Source: Eledone cirrhosa | Taxonomy: Eukaryota | DNA: 64,000 bases | Direction: 5' to 3' | NCBI GenBank assembly: GCA_964016885.1 | Contig: OZ024742.1 | Coordinates: 265,980,001 to 266,044,000 of the forward strand | Part shown: piece by piece, positions 14,335 through 28,457 of the stretch | How positions within the stretch are numbered: the first letter of the stretch is position 1 | Layout: the number at the start of each line of letters is the position of its first letter | Position numbers and translations under genes: made by a program | The notes under the pieces: model-generated | Seen by the model: the letters and a program-made list of their open reading frames with translations, nothing else | Databases searched by the model: none | Told to the model about the DNA's origin: nothing

Positions 14335-14699
14335 TTCACTATAAATATTTAGTTTATGTAAATATCTAACGGGAGAAGCTAGAATTATTTACCCTAACTT
14401 ATATCTCACAAGCTTCGCTGTTATAGCAATAGCCACTCAACTCACTATTTTTTAATCTTAACCATTTACATTACATTTAATCTGTAAGAGAAACGATATA
14501 TAATCAGACAAAATACTTTAAATTATTAAATGTTGTGCTTCTATAATCACCGTTAAAATCCCATCGAGGTTTTCTGCACGTTTCAGAGATTTGGTGACAA
14601 TTGTTCAAGCAAGCGTAGACAAAATGGTTTGGGTTATTTGTTTCGGCTCTCTGCACTGCGAGATCAACTTTGCATTTCGTCTTTTATAAAATAACGGTG

Positions 14700-14905
14700 T
14701 CTGATTTAGGCACAAGGCCAACAATTTGGGATGGAGGGAAAACTTGATTAAATCGTCCCCAGTGCATTACTGCTAATCTATTTTACTGACCCCGTAAGAA
14801 TGAAACGTAAAGTTAACCTCGACGTGATTTTAACTCAGAATGTGAAAGGCTGCAACTCTATGCCACAAAGCATAGACGCTCTACCTTTACTACTAAACCA
14901 CCTCC
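14700..14905 (-). mobile_element. Old Meta-domain-type SINE
   Basis: Divergent copy of 26232-26417 (tactgaccccgtaagaatgaaacgtaaagttaacctcg; tail ttaggcacaaggcc). Confidence 0.65.
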
Positions 14906-15258
14906 CTATTATTGTTATAATAAAATGATGTACCAGTTTAAAGTGGTGGATTGACGTAATTGTTAGATCGTCGGACGAGCTGCGTTGTGGTATTTATTCC
15001 GTCCCTATGTGTTGAGAGTTCAAATTTTATTGAGATCTACTACAGATCAGACTTCATCTATCTCACGGTTTAACACCACCACCTTGCCATTGGATACCAC
15101 TCTGATACAAGCGTTCGAGTCAGGTTTTCGGTTTGAAGATAACTTCCATCTCTTCTCCCACCAGTCTCAGAGATCAAGAAATGAGACACTAAACAGTTAA
15201 AAATACTTGTTATATAACATTTCGACGTTGGGTAGATAGAAATTCCTAAAAGATTTAT

Positions 15259-15513
15259 AAATCCTAAACGCTGAAAATAACTGTGATCACAGTCGATTGC
15301 TATAAAAAAAATAGCTTAGATAATCGTGTAAAATACTCCTATAAACGAAAGAAATGGCTAGTAACCAATGAAATTTGCGAAGTACTGAGATCAATTTTTC
15401 GAAACGTTTGTTGGCCACATTTTTTTCGTCCTTAGAGGTATTTTACTCGATTTTCTAAACTATTATTTATAGTAACCGACTGTGATTACAGATATTGTTT
15501 GCGTCTGGGATTC
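15259..15513. mobile_element. Old MITE-like element with ~80 bp imperfect inverted arms
   Basis: ctgtgatcacagtcgattgctataaa...gtaaaatact on the left matches the reverse complement of gtattttactcgatttt...accgactgtgattacag on the right. Confidence 0.6.
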
Positions 15514-16211
15514 CTATGTTTTCTAACTACGAGCTCAAGATAGCATGCCCGAACAAAATAGTTAATGTTTTATTTTACTCATCAAATATGAAAAAACAAA
15601 CGATAAAATACTCTGACCTCGGATAATTTAACGACACACCTGTATAAGATCGTGATGCACAGTTTCGTGAGCCCCATTGTATCGAATTGATAAAACAAAA
15701 ACATTTTCGTCAACACCATCCAGCGCAGCTCCACCCAGATACACCCGACACCACTCCACCCTGTGATGATATTTAATGAAATAGTTAAGGCTACATACAC
15801 GGATGTTCTATTCTATAAGAACGGATGTAACAAATAATGGTTATGTTATACAAACAGGTGCATGTAAGGAATCTGATGTAATATAAACGGGTGGACAGCC
15901 GTTGTTATCGCCGAAAAACTTGAATAAAACGGCGTGGTATGATTTAAATAGCGAACCGCAAGCAGGGCCTGATTTAATCAAAGCCGATTTTGATATGTAA
16001 GATTGGGGTGGGGGGCTGGTGTGTCTTCTAATTTTTCGTCTATGAGGAAGACCCCAAACCTGAAGTATCCAGGGTCTAAATCCGTCCCTGACTACAAGGA
16101 AATTTTAAACGAGGCGATTTCCTCCACAATCTTCAACAGGTGGGTTTGTTTTATGTATCGGTGGATCTTTATATCTATATATGTATATGCGTATGTGGGA
16201 AGGGAAGAGGG

Positions 16212-16263
<52 letters not shown>

Positions 16264-16286
16264 GCGTATGTGGGAAGGGAAGAGGG

Positions 16287-16382
<96 letters not shown>

Positions 16383-16475
16383 TATATATATATACATATA
16401 TATACACACACACACACAGACATATACACACATACACACACACGCATATTCATATATATATATGGCTATATATAT

Positions 16476-16520
<45 letters not shown>

Positions 16521-16697
16521 TGTTTCTACTTTAGGCACAAGGTCAGCAAATAACCCAGTACATTACTGGTACTTTATTTCATCGACCCCGTAAGGATGAA
16601 AGGCAAAGTTAACCTCAGCGGGATTTGAACTCAGACTGTAAAGGGACGTAACTATGCTAGAAAGCATGGCGTCCAACCCTCTATCGATACTGCCAAT
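16521..16697 (-). mobile_element. Meta-domain-type tRNA SINE with (ATT)n tail
   Basis: Minus strand gttaactttgcctttcatccttacggggtcgatgaaataaagtaccag (Meta/MESC-like domain); tail cttgtgcctaaagtagaaaca(att)n. Confidence 0.8.
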
Positions 16698-16720
16698 ATT
16701 ATTATTATTATTATTACACA

Positions 16721-17076
16721 TCCTGCCTGATTGTGGATGTGGCCTGCCCATTCGACACGAGAGTGCAAGAGAAGGAGAGGGAGAAAATTAACCGATACCA
16801 GGACTTAAAGTGGGAGGTAAAAAGGATTTAAACTGTTATGAAGTCAAAGTGATCCCGATTGTCATAGGCGCACTAGGGACTATCTCAAAAAGTTTCCAGG
16901 GATGGTTAAAGAATATTGGCCCCTTCACGCTTTTTGGAACGCTTCAAAAGGCATGCTTGCTGGGAACAGCAAGAACCCTCCGATACGTCCTGAATATCTG
17001 AGGCTGCAGGTAGTGGCTTGATATTCATTTCAACAAACTTTCCAGTTAACTAACATCAATGAGATGAGACTCAAAG

Positions 17077-17078
<2 letters not shown>
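16721..17078 (+). mobile_element. R4/Dong LINE family A, extreme 3' fragment
   Basis: Matches 48476-48829 (VKVIPIVIGALG..LQKACLLGTARTLRYVLNI); ends in (AAT)n. Confidence 0.9.
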
Positions 17079-17092
<14 letters not shown>

Positions 17093-17107
<15 letters not shown>

Positions 17108-17632
17108 TTGAAGACTAAAATCCAAAGAGGGCTCGATAAGGATAAATATATATCAAATATATAAGAACCGTAGAGCAAATATTTAGTCTACGACTTCAGT
17201 TTATTATCTTCGTTTTTTCCGTTCATTGCCAGAGAACGTCTCCACGAACCACCTAAATAGAATATTAGTCTACGACTTCATTTATACCATAAACGTGGTT
17301 TTGTCTTTGCGTGTAATTGTTTTCACCACTCCAAATAATGACGTATTATCTTCGTTTTTTTTTTCGTTCTTTGCCAGGGAACGTCTTCACGAACCAAAGT
17401 ATCGTCTTCCCGTCTTCCTTCGGTTGCAACGTTTTTCGAAATATTTACTTCTGCGTTCACAGATTGATTTTTTTAGCTTCAGAAGATCCCGTTAAGGGTG
17501 AAAGCAGCGATTCTTTGCTTAAACTTTAATCTGTTATTTTAATGAATATTTGCTCTACAGTTCTTATATATTTGATATATATTTATCCTTATCGAGCCCT
17601 CTTTGGATTTTAGTCTTCAAATTTATTATTAT

Positions 17633-17634
<2 letters not shown>
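17093..17634. mobile_element. Element with ~90 bp near-perfect inverted termini and internal direct repeats (MITE or fold-back)
   Basis: 17093-17183 is the reverse complement of 17545-17634; internal tagtctacgacttca and ttatcttcgtttttt..gaacgtct..cacgaacca are duplicated. Confidence 0.85.
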
Positions 17635-17685
<51 letters not shown>

Positions 17686-17723
17686 TTACTGTGGTTACCT
17701 CCGATTCAACCCGGAATAACTCA

Positions 17724-17766
<43 letters not shown>

Positions 17767-17942
17767 TAATTTATTATTACTCCAAGTGTTTACTACATAG
17801 GAATTACAGCATACTCGCAACATCACTATGAAAACGCCTTGTTGAGTCAAACCAAGCCAAGCGTTGATATCATCCACTACCCGGAATACCATAACTGGAC
17901 TACACCTAAGTGGACTCCATATAACTATTATTTGTTACCCCG

Positions 17943-18091
<149 letters not shown>

Positions 18092-18156
18092 ATGTGTATG
18101 CATTCAAATGTATATACATATATTTGAATATAAATAATGTTGTGCACGGGTGGGTA

Positions 18157-18322
18157 GGAGCAGGTATGGCTGTGTGGCTAAAGAGTTCGCTTCACAGCCA
18201 TAGGGTTCTGGGTTCAGTCCTGCTGCGTGGCACCCTCAGCAAATGTCTTCTACTAGAGATACGGATTCACCAGTGCCTTGTGAGTGGAATTTTTAATAGA
18301 TGAAAATTACAAGTTATTCGTC

Positions 18323-18406
<84 letters not shown>

Positions 18407-18560
18407 TGTGTGTGTGTATGTGTTTATATCGCGTAATATAACGGTTCAACAATAAGATCGATAAAATGATTACCAGACTTTAAAAGGTATGACATGAGAT
18501 CGAAATAATCGACTAAATAAGGGTGGTGTACCAGTATCGCCGTGGATTATTGACTGAAAC
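18157..18560 (+). mobile_element. Octopus OK-like tRNA-derived SINE with internal (TG)n
   Basis: ggtatggctgtgtggctaaagagttcgcttcacagccatagggttctgggttcagtcctgctgcgtggcaccctcagcaaatgtcttctacta resembles the abundant octopus SINE as I recall it; not searched. Confidence 0.65.
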
Positions 18561-19063
18561 TAATAAAAGAATGCATACATGCATATATATATGTGCGTGT
18601 GTGTGCCTGTATGTGTATGTGTGTGTGTGTGTGTGTGTGTGGTGAGCAGAGACAACGGAAAAACGAGCGAAACACAGGACTGTCCTTTCTTATCAATCGA
18701 CAGGTGAAGGTCCTCGTGGTTTTGATGCTTTAATGTCCATATCACTAGCCCCAGTGTATATGGGACAGTAACAAAAATTAAGGGTGAGAATGGCTGATTC
18801 ACTTTAGAGAAATACTTTTTATATATATACACTATGTAGGTGGGTATGTGTGTGGGGGGTGTCTGTGTGTGTGTGTCTGTGTATGTGTATGTGATTTTGT
18901 ATCTCTTGTTTTAAAACAGTGGTCAAAGGTTCATTGGTGGGGCGAGGACAGAAGATATATGCTAGGAATGACTGATTGTTTCATTTATAGCTTGTGGTGT
19001 GTATGTGTATGTATATATATATATATACGTGTGTGTGTGTATATGTATGTGTGTGTGTGTGTG

Positions 19064-19122
<59 letters not shown>

Positions 19123-19199
19123 ATATGTATCAGTTTGCTTATACATGTGTGTGTGCTTAATCTATAGATCCTTAAGTTTAAATGAATAGTTTTTATTTA

Positions 19200-20860
19200 T
19201 CTATTCTCTGTTGTTGTGTGAAAGCGTCTAAGCATTTATAAAGGAGGAAAATGTTAAAGTTGGGTAGGATCATTCCAGCACAATCTGCAATATGGCTACT
19301 CAGGGGGATTTTTCTCGTGTTTTCGTCTCGGATTTGTTGGCGATGGATGTTATTTTGCGTAATGACATACCTGTCTCTCCTATGTAGTTATGCTGACATC
19401 CACCGCATGTGATTACGTAGATCAAGCTCTCTGAGTTGTAGGTGAAGTTATCTTGCACTGTAAATGTTTGGCCGTATTTAAATGTGAAATCTTGTCTTTC
19501 GATTAAGAATAGGCATGTGTCACAATTTTTTCTTCCGCATTTAATCACAGTAGGGTTGAGGATCTGTTTCTGTATTTTTGTACCAGTGAGAATGTGTTTT
19601 GGTGATTAGGGTTGCCTTTTACTTTTGATAATCTTATGTGTTTCTAAATTTCTTTCATTTTTTCTTCTTCAAATAGAATGGGGAGGTTTTTGTGGAGGTG
19701 GTCGAACATTTCGGTGTTTCTGAGTTTGAATGTAGATAAATATGGTAAGGTATTGTTCTTGGTTTTGTGCTTTTGTTTATTAAGTTCATGGAAATCTGCG
19801 TGTTTTGCTCTGTCTATTCCGTTATCAATAGTGTTAAGTGGTAAGTATGTTTGTTTTGTTGTTTTTTTTGTTCATTTAGTCTTTGTTTCCGTTTAGTTGG
19901 GTCTGATACTATGGTGCATATACGTTTGGATAAGTTAAAAGGAATATTTAATTTTGTGTGTTTTGGGTGACTTTATGTGAAAAGAAGGTACTATTTGGAA
20001 TCCGTTTCTATTTTCCCACCTGTTTTGTGTAATTAACATATCTAAAAAGGCTAATTACATTGTGAATTGTATGTTGTTATTTATGTTATTTATTATATTT
20101 TTGAATTCAATGAGTGTATTCATGTTTTCCTGCCATAGTATAATGCAGGCGTCTAGGTATCTCTTCCAGTTATTTTTGAGTTGTGTATGGAAAGTGTCTC
20201 CGAATAGTAATAAGTATTGGTTGTAAATTTTTTGTTCGTGGAATCCTATGACTAACTTGGCGTATGTAGGGTCTACCTTTGTACCCATTGCAGTGCCTCA
20301 GATTTGTCGGTGTGTCAATCCATTGAAAGTTAAATAATTGTTTTGTAAAATAAATTGTAATCCGTCTATAATAAAGTCTTTCTTGATGCGTGTTGGTATT
20401 TCAGACTGGTGTGTGTCTAGCCAGTACTAGATTACCGTTATTCCATAGTTATGGGGTATGTCCTTGTAAAACTTTACGTCAAAGGAAACAGAAATTGTGT
20501 CTTCACTTACTGTTGTTTGGTAGGTTGTTCAACATATCTAGGTCATCACGTATGTAGCTCTGTAAATGTTTTAGGAAGGTCTTTAGAAGGATGTTCAGGA
20601 AGTCGCTAAGTCTGTGGGTTTCACACACAGGGCCTGTATAATCGGTCTGAGTTTGAAATTGTCTGGCGGTGTTAATTGTATGCATTTGCTTGTCGGGGAG
20701 TTACAGGCATCGTTTATGAGATTGCATTTGTGGATCTTCGGTAAGCCATAAAAGATAAGCGTTTTGCATTTGAAGTAGCTTATGTATTCCAATTCATTTG
20801 TGGTTAGGCCATTGCAATATTTCTATCATTATGCTATGAGATTCTCTATTGTATTTATTT
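19200..20860 (-). mobile_element. Decayed Penelope-like element (Neptune-type RT, Zn linker, GIY-YIG)
   Basis: FYGLPKIHK..LRPII; MGTKVDPTYAKL; WKRYLDACII; CGRKNCDTC; LIYVITCGGCQHNYIGETG. Confidence 0.9.
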
Positions 20861-20862
20861 GT

Positions 20863-21268
20863 TTATAGTTCTTTGTTTTTTAGTTCTACATAGACACCGG
20901 CGTTGTCCGCCAGTCTTTGTAATCGTCTCTGTCTATCCTTGACTAACGTCATCAGGAACCCAGGTGGTATGTTGGTCAATATCTGACGAATGCATTCCTC
21001 CAATTGAATCAGAGTTTTGGGTTTTGAGCTATAAACTTCCTCCTTTACCAATCCGCACAGGAAATAATCGGATGACGATAAGTCAGGGGGGTTTTCTAAT
21101 CATTCATATGGACCTCGATGACCCAACCAACGTCCTGGAAATTTAACGTCAAGCAACTCTCGGACAGTGCATGCTAAATGAGATAATTTATATTGTCAAA
21201 AGTGGTCACAATTGGCCAAAAGTTATAAGCAGTTTTCAATAGGGACTTTCTTTCCACCCACCCCCGTA
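20863..21268 (-). mobile_element. Internally deleted Tc1/mariner-superfamily relic
   Basis: VKEEVYSSKPKTLIQLEECIR..IPPGFL..RRLQ....G.YVE is a Tc1-like transposase C-terminus. Confidence 0.7.
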
Positions 21269-21409
21269 TATATATATTCACATATATATATTCATTTTAC
21301 TTTATTAAGGCTACATAGTGAGTCTTGTTACTCAGGCGAAACTCCATAGTAACAAAAGACAATTTAGCCTTAATAAAATGAATATTAAAACTCTACCATC
21401 AACCTCATA

Positions 21410-21532
<123 letters not shown>

Positions 21533-21534
21533 AC

Positions 21535-22582
21535 GCTCACTTGATCGAAGCCTTCAAGAAAGACACACAGTTGTGAGAAGTTGCTTTTGATATTGCTTCA
21601 ACTGCGCCCCATAGCCGAATATCACAGGGATTCGAATCTGGCGAGCTAGAGGGTCAGATACCTTTAGGGATAAGCATGAGCAATTCCTTCTCCAAAGGTT
21701 CTTGTACTCTTTTCGAAGAATGGGCGAGCGCGGGGTCCTGTACAAATATGGCTAGACCTGCATCATAATGTTTCTTAATCCAAAGCAAGAAAACTTCTAA
21801 GATTTTGAGATACTCTGCTGTGTTGATTTTAAGGCCCGCTTCAATAAAATGAGGAGGCATCAATTCCCCATCACTTGCAACAGCCCCAAAGGTCATAATG
21901 GAAGCCGGATTCTTCCTATGTATAGCTGAAGGAACTTGGGAAGGGTCGTACGCTATCACTCGCCAGTTTTGACGGTTTGCAACTTAGTCTACCACGAACT
22001 TCTTTTTATCCACGAAGATGCGGACGTCTTCACCACGATGCTTCAGATGACTAAGAGGTTTGGGACTTCATTCAACTCGAATGGCTTTGGAGCGGGTAAT
22101 TAGAATGTTTTTCTGTCTTCTCACGTACGATTTCATATAGAGGTCTTGTCTGATAGCCCTAGAAACGGTCATTTTACTGATTCCTCGATCTTGAATCAAC
22201 TTTGCCATCGATTTTGATGGGTTTGACTCAATCAATCTTTTAAGTCCTGCTAAGGCGAGGTGTGCGTTTTCGGTCACAGCAAGGACTGTGGGGCTTTCTC
22301 TGAGCATCCTGACTTTTCTTCAAATTGGCTATAGCTCTAAAAACAGTATATTTGGCATACCTTGTGGCTCTAACAATCACCACAGCACTTTTACCGGCGC
22401 GGAATAAGTCAGCATTACACTTCTACGGTTTCATTCTTTAACATCAATAGTTTGTTCAATCTGAAATAAAAATACTACAAGTGATTATTCAAGCTGGTAA
22501 TATTTATAAATTAGACGCAAACAAAATCTATATAATTAGAAATATACCCCTTGAAATTTGTCTCAATTTTCCTGTTACACCT
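21535..22582 (-). mobile_element. IS630-Tc1-mariner transposon relic (possibly DD37D/maT-like)
   Basis: HTH region (NPSKSMAKL..ISKMTVSRAIRQDL), ASIMTFGAVASDG, FVQDPALAHSSKRVQE and a degenerate SSPDSNPCD motif. Confidence 0.8.
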
Positions 22583-23257
22583 TATTTTAGTCGATCTAGC
22601 TTATATCCAACCAAAAAGAGATTTTGGTTTAAGTTTTAAATATTTTATTATTTCTCTGAGCAGATAATTTATTAATGTATCTTATCATTCTATTGAGATG
22701 TCTAAGTATTAGAGACAATTAACTTTATAAATTGATTAACTGTTCCATCATTGTTGAGCTGATTTATGCGGTTTTGGCAGCTATTTCCAGCATTAATATA
22801 AACCTATACATTGATATATTCATATAGTAATTCAGCGACACAGCACGTTGGACACCATGTGGTCGACATGGTATGTATGAAATATATTCAACTTCTCTTA
22901 TTCCAAAGGATTCTCCTCCCGATGACAGAATTGTAATTCTTCCAGTATTGGTTATTTCAATGTCTTGGAATGGTCATTGTTGTTTTTTAAATTCCAGAAA
23001 CCATGGTTGGGGAACTCTATAAGTAAAACCGACTTGTTTTAGTCCATCTAGCTTATATTCCCACAAAAAATATTTTGGCTTAAGTATATATATATATATA
23101 ACCAAAGATTAATATGGTTCGTTGATTACTCAATGAATACTTTTTTACAATAGATTAAAAGCACTCAACAGTAAAGTTTTCCTGGAGTTTTTAATATTAT
23201 TCAAAATATTTAGCTTCCTGAAGGTTGAGCGCTTCTTCTGCAATAGATTACTAATAA

Positions 23258-25560
23258 ATGATGGAATTCTTCAGTATTTCTACATCTCTCATGGATATTC
23301 CTCTACCATCTAACGAAGAATATATGAGACAACTTATTGGAAAAACCAACTCATTCATAAGAAGACTGCGGTGGCGTGCTTTCCACTTTGCAAATAAAGA
23401 TAAAATGGATAAGAAAAACACCAACAATAATTTTGATCACATCTTTAAATCTAGGAAAAATCCTCCTTACAACAAACTCTTGGCTAATTTCGACAAAACG
23501 AAATTATAAATATATTAAGGAATATTAAATTTAAAAAAAAAAACATATAGAGGCCAGGAATACCTCAGAGGTCCAAAGGAAAAAATTAAGGACATGCAAA
23601 AAATAAATAAAATATTAGTGAAATCAGATAAAACGAACAACCTATATGGGATTGAAAGAACAAAATATAATGACTTAATTCTAAAAGAATTGAGGAAAAA
23701 TTATAAAAAGGCCCCAAGTGAGGATTTATTTGATATTAATAATGATGCATTTGAAATTATCACCAATCTTGGAATAGAGCGGAAAACCGAACCCTTCATA
23801 CCTAAGCAACCGCGGATAAATTTTAAAGACCATAGAAGAAATTTCGAGGAGGACCAGCGAGTTAGACTTATAGCACCTTCAAAATTAGATCTTGAAATAA
23901 TTAGTAAAAAATATAATAGATAGGATTTTACCAACACTTAAATTGAGGTCTTGGCTAAACCTGTGAAGTCATAGATTGGTTCAATAATATAAAAAAATAA
24001 AAATAATTATAAGCTCATTCAAATGGACATAACGAGTTATGAATAACTCCTAATCTTTTAAATAAGGCGCTATCATATGCATATAAACATACGGACTTAT
24101 CTAGTGATGAGATAAATATTATATTAACATCAAGGCGAATTTTGATTGATTTTAATAATGATCTTTGGACTAGATCAGATAGACAGAAGAATTTTGACAT
24201 TACAATGGGTTCGTCTGATTCGGCGCAAGTTACGGATCTTATGGGAATTTTTATCCTTAACATGATAAATAGAAAACTGCTGGAGATTACCGGGGGTTTA
24301 TATAGAGACGACATACTTTTTATTGTAGAAAAACATAATAATAGTGAATTAAATAGAGTAAAGACAATAATTATAGATTTTTTTTTAAATTACGACCTGA
24401 AATTAGAAGTAGAAAATAATAATAAAATAGTTAATTTTTTAGACGTGACTCTAAATCTGAACTCAGGCCTTTATTATCCTTTCCATAAACTCAATGAGAA
24501 TTTAAATTATGTTAGTTTTTATTCTAATCATCCTAAAAGTGTTAAGAATGCAATAGTCAACAGTGTATAACAACGAATATCCAGGCTATCTGCTAATAGA
24601 TCCATATTTAATAGTAAGGCTGTATATTATAATGAAGCGTTACATAAAGCTGGATATAACAATAATATTGAGTATATAGAAAAAAATACTGAAAATAATA
24701 TTAATTATAATCACACTAATAATAATAAAAATGAATATAAAAACAACTTGAGGAATAAATCGGGGAAAAAACAAGAACTATATCTATAATTTGGTATGCT
24801 CCGCCAGCATCTTTAGCTATTAAAACACCGGTGGCACACTTATTTTTTAAAGCCCTGGATAAATGCTTCCCTAGGTCATATAAATATTACTCTATTTTCA
24901 ATAGACACACAGTTAAACTTTCTTATTCAACAATTATGAATATTGCTCAAAATATAGCAAAAATAAATAGTAAAAATCTTAATTTGACCCAAACATAATT
25001 AGAAATAATAACAATACATTAGTTAACGAGAATAACAATAATAGTTTAAATGTGAATAATAGTAGAACACCTGTAAACAATAATGTGAATAGTTTAAGGT
25101 CTGGAAATAACATTGAGAAGAAATGTAATTGTAGAAAGAAGTCCGAATGTCCTTTACAAAATAATTGCCTTGACAAGAATATAGTATATAAATGTACCAT
25201 TAAGACAAATAATAATATATATAACTATATTTGTTCCACTTCATCTAAATTTAAGGAACGTTGGTATAATCATAGACAGTCTTTTATTAAACCAGATAAG
25301 AAATTTTCAACTTCACTTTCGCAATTAATATGGTCTTTAAAGGACAATAAATCTGTTGGACCAAATTAAGGAAATCCAATTCCTATCAGAACGCAACTAT
25401 TTCGCAAAATTGCAATCTTTGTAACATCGAGACTCTTCAGATAATTACAAATTATGACAATTTAATCAACAAAAAAAAAACGATTTATTCAGTAGTTGTC
25501 ACCATAAAATTGGTAAAACTTTCCAAGCATTGTACAAGTTTCGAAAAAATATTGACAATT
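23258..25560 (+). mobile_element. Nearly full-length decayed Naiad-type Penelope-like element (RT and GIY-YIG)
   Basis: SLMDIPLPS..FIRRLRWRAFHF; VKSDKTNNLY; FDITMGSSDSAQVTDLMG; GLYRDD; FLDVTLNL; CNCRKKSECPLQNNC..VYKCTI..YICST; many stops and frameshifts. Confidence 0.92.
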
Positions 25561-26231
25561 AATAATTTAATATATATATGTTTCTGCCTTATTGTGGTAA
25601 TAATTTATTGATATTTATATGTATTAGAATTATTTCATTAAGAGTCTCGTTATCCTATGTTTTGATTAGGAGAGTTCAATATTTAACTAGACATCTTTTA
25701 TGATATTTTCAATAGATGATTTATGGTTTTCAAAATATTGCGGAACGTGTGAGTAGAGATGTTATAAATGTTTGTATATGGTGAATGAGTTATCTTCCTT
25801 TTGTTTACATTGTCCGTAAAAATGTCCTTTCTTTTTGAATAGCTTGCTGAATTATATTGGTTTTGAAATATCTAAACTAATAATATACAGACTATCATTA
25901 AAATGAAACTACATATCAAAATAAGTAAATACAGAAGTAAATAAACCTTTCATTAAATTAATGAAATTAAACTTTTGAGAGTAAATGTAACTGCAGTTTA
26001 ATCTAGAAATTAAATGAAAATTAATGAATAGTGAAGATTTTACAAAGAGAATATCATAATTAAATAATTTGAGTAATATAGCATCTATATATATTATATG
26101 TATTGATGCTGATGTATAGTATTAGATTTTAATACATATGTAATAATTAGTTAAATACGCTTTAAAAATTAATTCTTTTAAAGTTGTAACAAAATATTTA
26201 TAGAATATCTTACCTTAAAATTTAAAATAAT

Positions 26232-26417
26232 TGTTTCTACTTTTGGCACAAGGCCAGCAAATACACAGTGCATTACTGGTACTTTATTTTATCGACCCCG
26301 TAAGGATAAAAGGCAAAGTTAACCTCAGCGGGATTTGAACTCAGAATGGCAAGGGCCGTAACTCTATGCGTCAAAGCATGGTGTCCGACCCTCTATCTAT
26401 ACTGCCAATCCACCGCC
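26232..26417 (-). mobile_element. Full-length Meta-domain-type SINE with ~19 bp target-site duplication
   Basis: Same family as 34836-35022; flanks ccttaaaatttaaaataat (26213-26231) and ccttaaaattaaaaataat (26417-26435). Confidence 0.85.
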
Positions 26418-27142
26418 CTTAAAATTAAAAATAATAATCTATAATGAGTTAAATTAAATTATATAAATTTTTAATTAAACGATATATGTGATTGCTATAG
26501 AAAATATTCTATACTGATTAATTTTGATATAATATATAAGTATAATTAGCTAAGGCATAATCAAATACTAAAGATATTCAATTGTTTAGTTGAATTGATT
26601 GGATGTCCTATTTGATCTAGCATTTGAAAACAACGGTTTTTTCTCTATCCCTCTCTATTTGATGTTTCCTTTATTTTTCTTTATCCCCCTCTGTTCCCTT
26701 TACTTTCCTTACACTTTCCATCTATTGTCGTTATTCCTCTTTTCTTTTTTATATATTTCTTTTACTCATTCATTCTTTTATCTATTTATGTATACATTTA
26801 TATATGTATTTATTTATTTTTTCTTGCTATTTACACCCTCTCTCATATCACTTATTTGCTCTACGTCCTTTTCTTCTTTAAGTTTATCATATTATTTGTG
26901 GTATATAAACATTGAGATTTGATGAAATAAATCACTGCCAATACTGGAATTGTATAATCAAGACTGTAGCGGTATGTCATATATCAAATCATATATTTTA
27001 TCTGATGAAGACGTAGTGAAAAAAAACAATACAGTACCTTTGAAATATATATAATAAAGCATATATTTTGATTATGTGAATATCTTTCATTTGTTAATAT
27101 TTTGAATAATATATATATATATATATATATTAATATAGAAAT

Positions 27143-27193
27143 GGCTTCTACATGACTAGAACTGTTTCATTCGGAGGAAATCATCAGAAAGCC
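27143..27193 (-). ncRNA. Type-I hammerhead ribozyme, canonical core, GUA site
   Basis: ggcttt-CTGATGA-tttc ctcc gaat-GAAA-cagttctagtcatg-TA-gaagcc; 6 bp stem I. Confidence 0.8.
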
Positions 27194-27365
27194 GACTCTC
27201 AATGTAAATTTCTGGTATTTATACATTTTGTCATGGTAAGGGAAGGGTAGTGATAGGGGGGGGTAGAGGTCATGGTGGGATTAAAGGATGGGGATTCTTA
27301 GAAAAAACAAAATTTATTTAGAGAAAGAAGTTTAGTGGCAAGTTGCAATTGAAATAAACACTTCC

Positions 27366-27809
27366 TTGTGCAACTGCCACGATAAGGCCGCATGCGCCTT
27401 CAGCAATAAATGCCTTACAAAGGATATTGTATACAAATGTGATGTCATCTCAGGCCCTGATGAAGAGAGAAAGACGTATATCGGGATGACCTCCAACAAC
27501 TTTAAGACCCGTTGGGGCGCACACACCCATTCTTTTCGACGCCCGGACAGTTCCAACCAAACAACACTCGCCGCCCATGTATGGGACCTAAAAAGGAATT
27601 CCATCCCCTTTACGCTCAAATGGAAACTACTCCAGAGAGCGCGGTCTTACACAGGAGGCCATAATTGTTGTGACCTTTGTATTTCCGAGAGTTACGAAAT
27701 ACTATTCGCCAAAGGACCCTTACTCAATAGACTCTCAGAACACTGCCCGAATTCCATGCACAAAAACTATGCAACTTACAAGTCATATAGACCAGTTCTT
27801 CCCCCCTGA
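27366..27809 (+). mobile_element. Naiad-type Penelope GIY-YIG endonuclease fragment (open frame)
   Basis: CNCHDKAACAFSNKCL..IVYKCDV..YIGMTSNNFKTRW..HTHSF..CDLCISE..LLN. Confidence 0.9.
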
Positions 27810-28014
27810 ATCGACATTAAAGATTAAACACACTCCCCCGCGCGCCCCTCCCATCCCAACCCTACCTTCGTTTTGTTACCTTTCAAACTTATGACTTATC
27901 TTTTCCTTTTCTGTACTTGTATTTTATGTTACTTAATTTTAATGTATGTTATATGATGGTTTTTCATATCTTGATTGTTTCCTTAAATTTTCCCATTTGT
28001 CTATTTTTATGTGT

Positions 28015-28108
<94 letters not shown>

Positions 28109-28219
28109 ATATGTATATATGTGTGTATGTGTATATATGAGTATATGTATATATGTGTGTGTATATATGAGTATATATGTGTACGTGTGTATATATATAT
28201 GTATGTATGTATATGTATG

Positions 28220-28301
<82 letters not shown>

Positions 28302-28457
28302 AAAGAATAGAGGTGTAACACACAAGTTATTATATATTGGTAAACGGAATAGAAAATGCTGACAAATTGTTCACAGTTGAAAAATAGTTTAATTAGGAAT
28401 AAAAGAGTATTAGTAATTGTATGGGTTAGTATTCAGTTGTGGTTTTAAGTTTTTAAG

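Noticed and set aside
26995-27050. CTGATGA-agacgtagt-GAAA downstream of the Naiad-type element
   Set aside because: No stem III or cleavage site can be formed.
23258-27809. Selenocysteine recoding, reported for some Naiad elements
   Set aside because: The visible Cys positions are ordinary codons, the stops look like random decay, and I recognised no SECIS.
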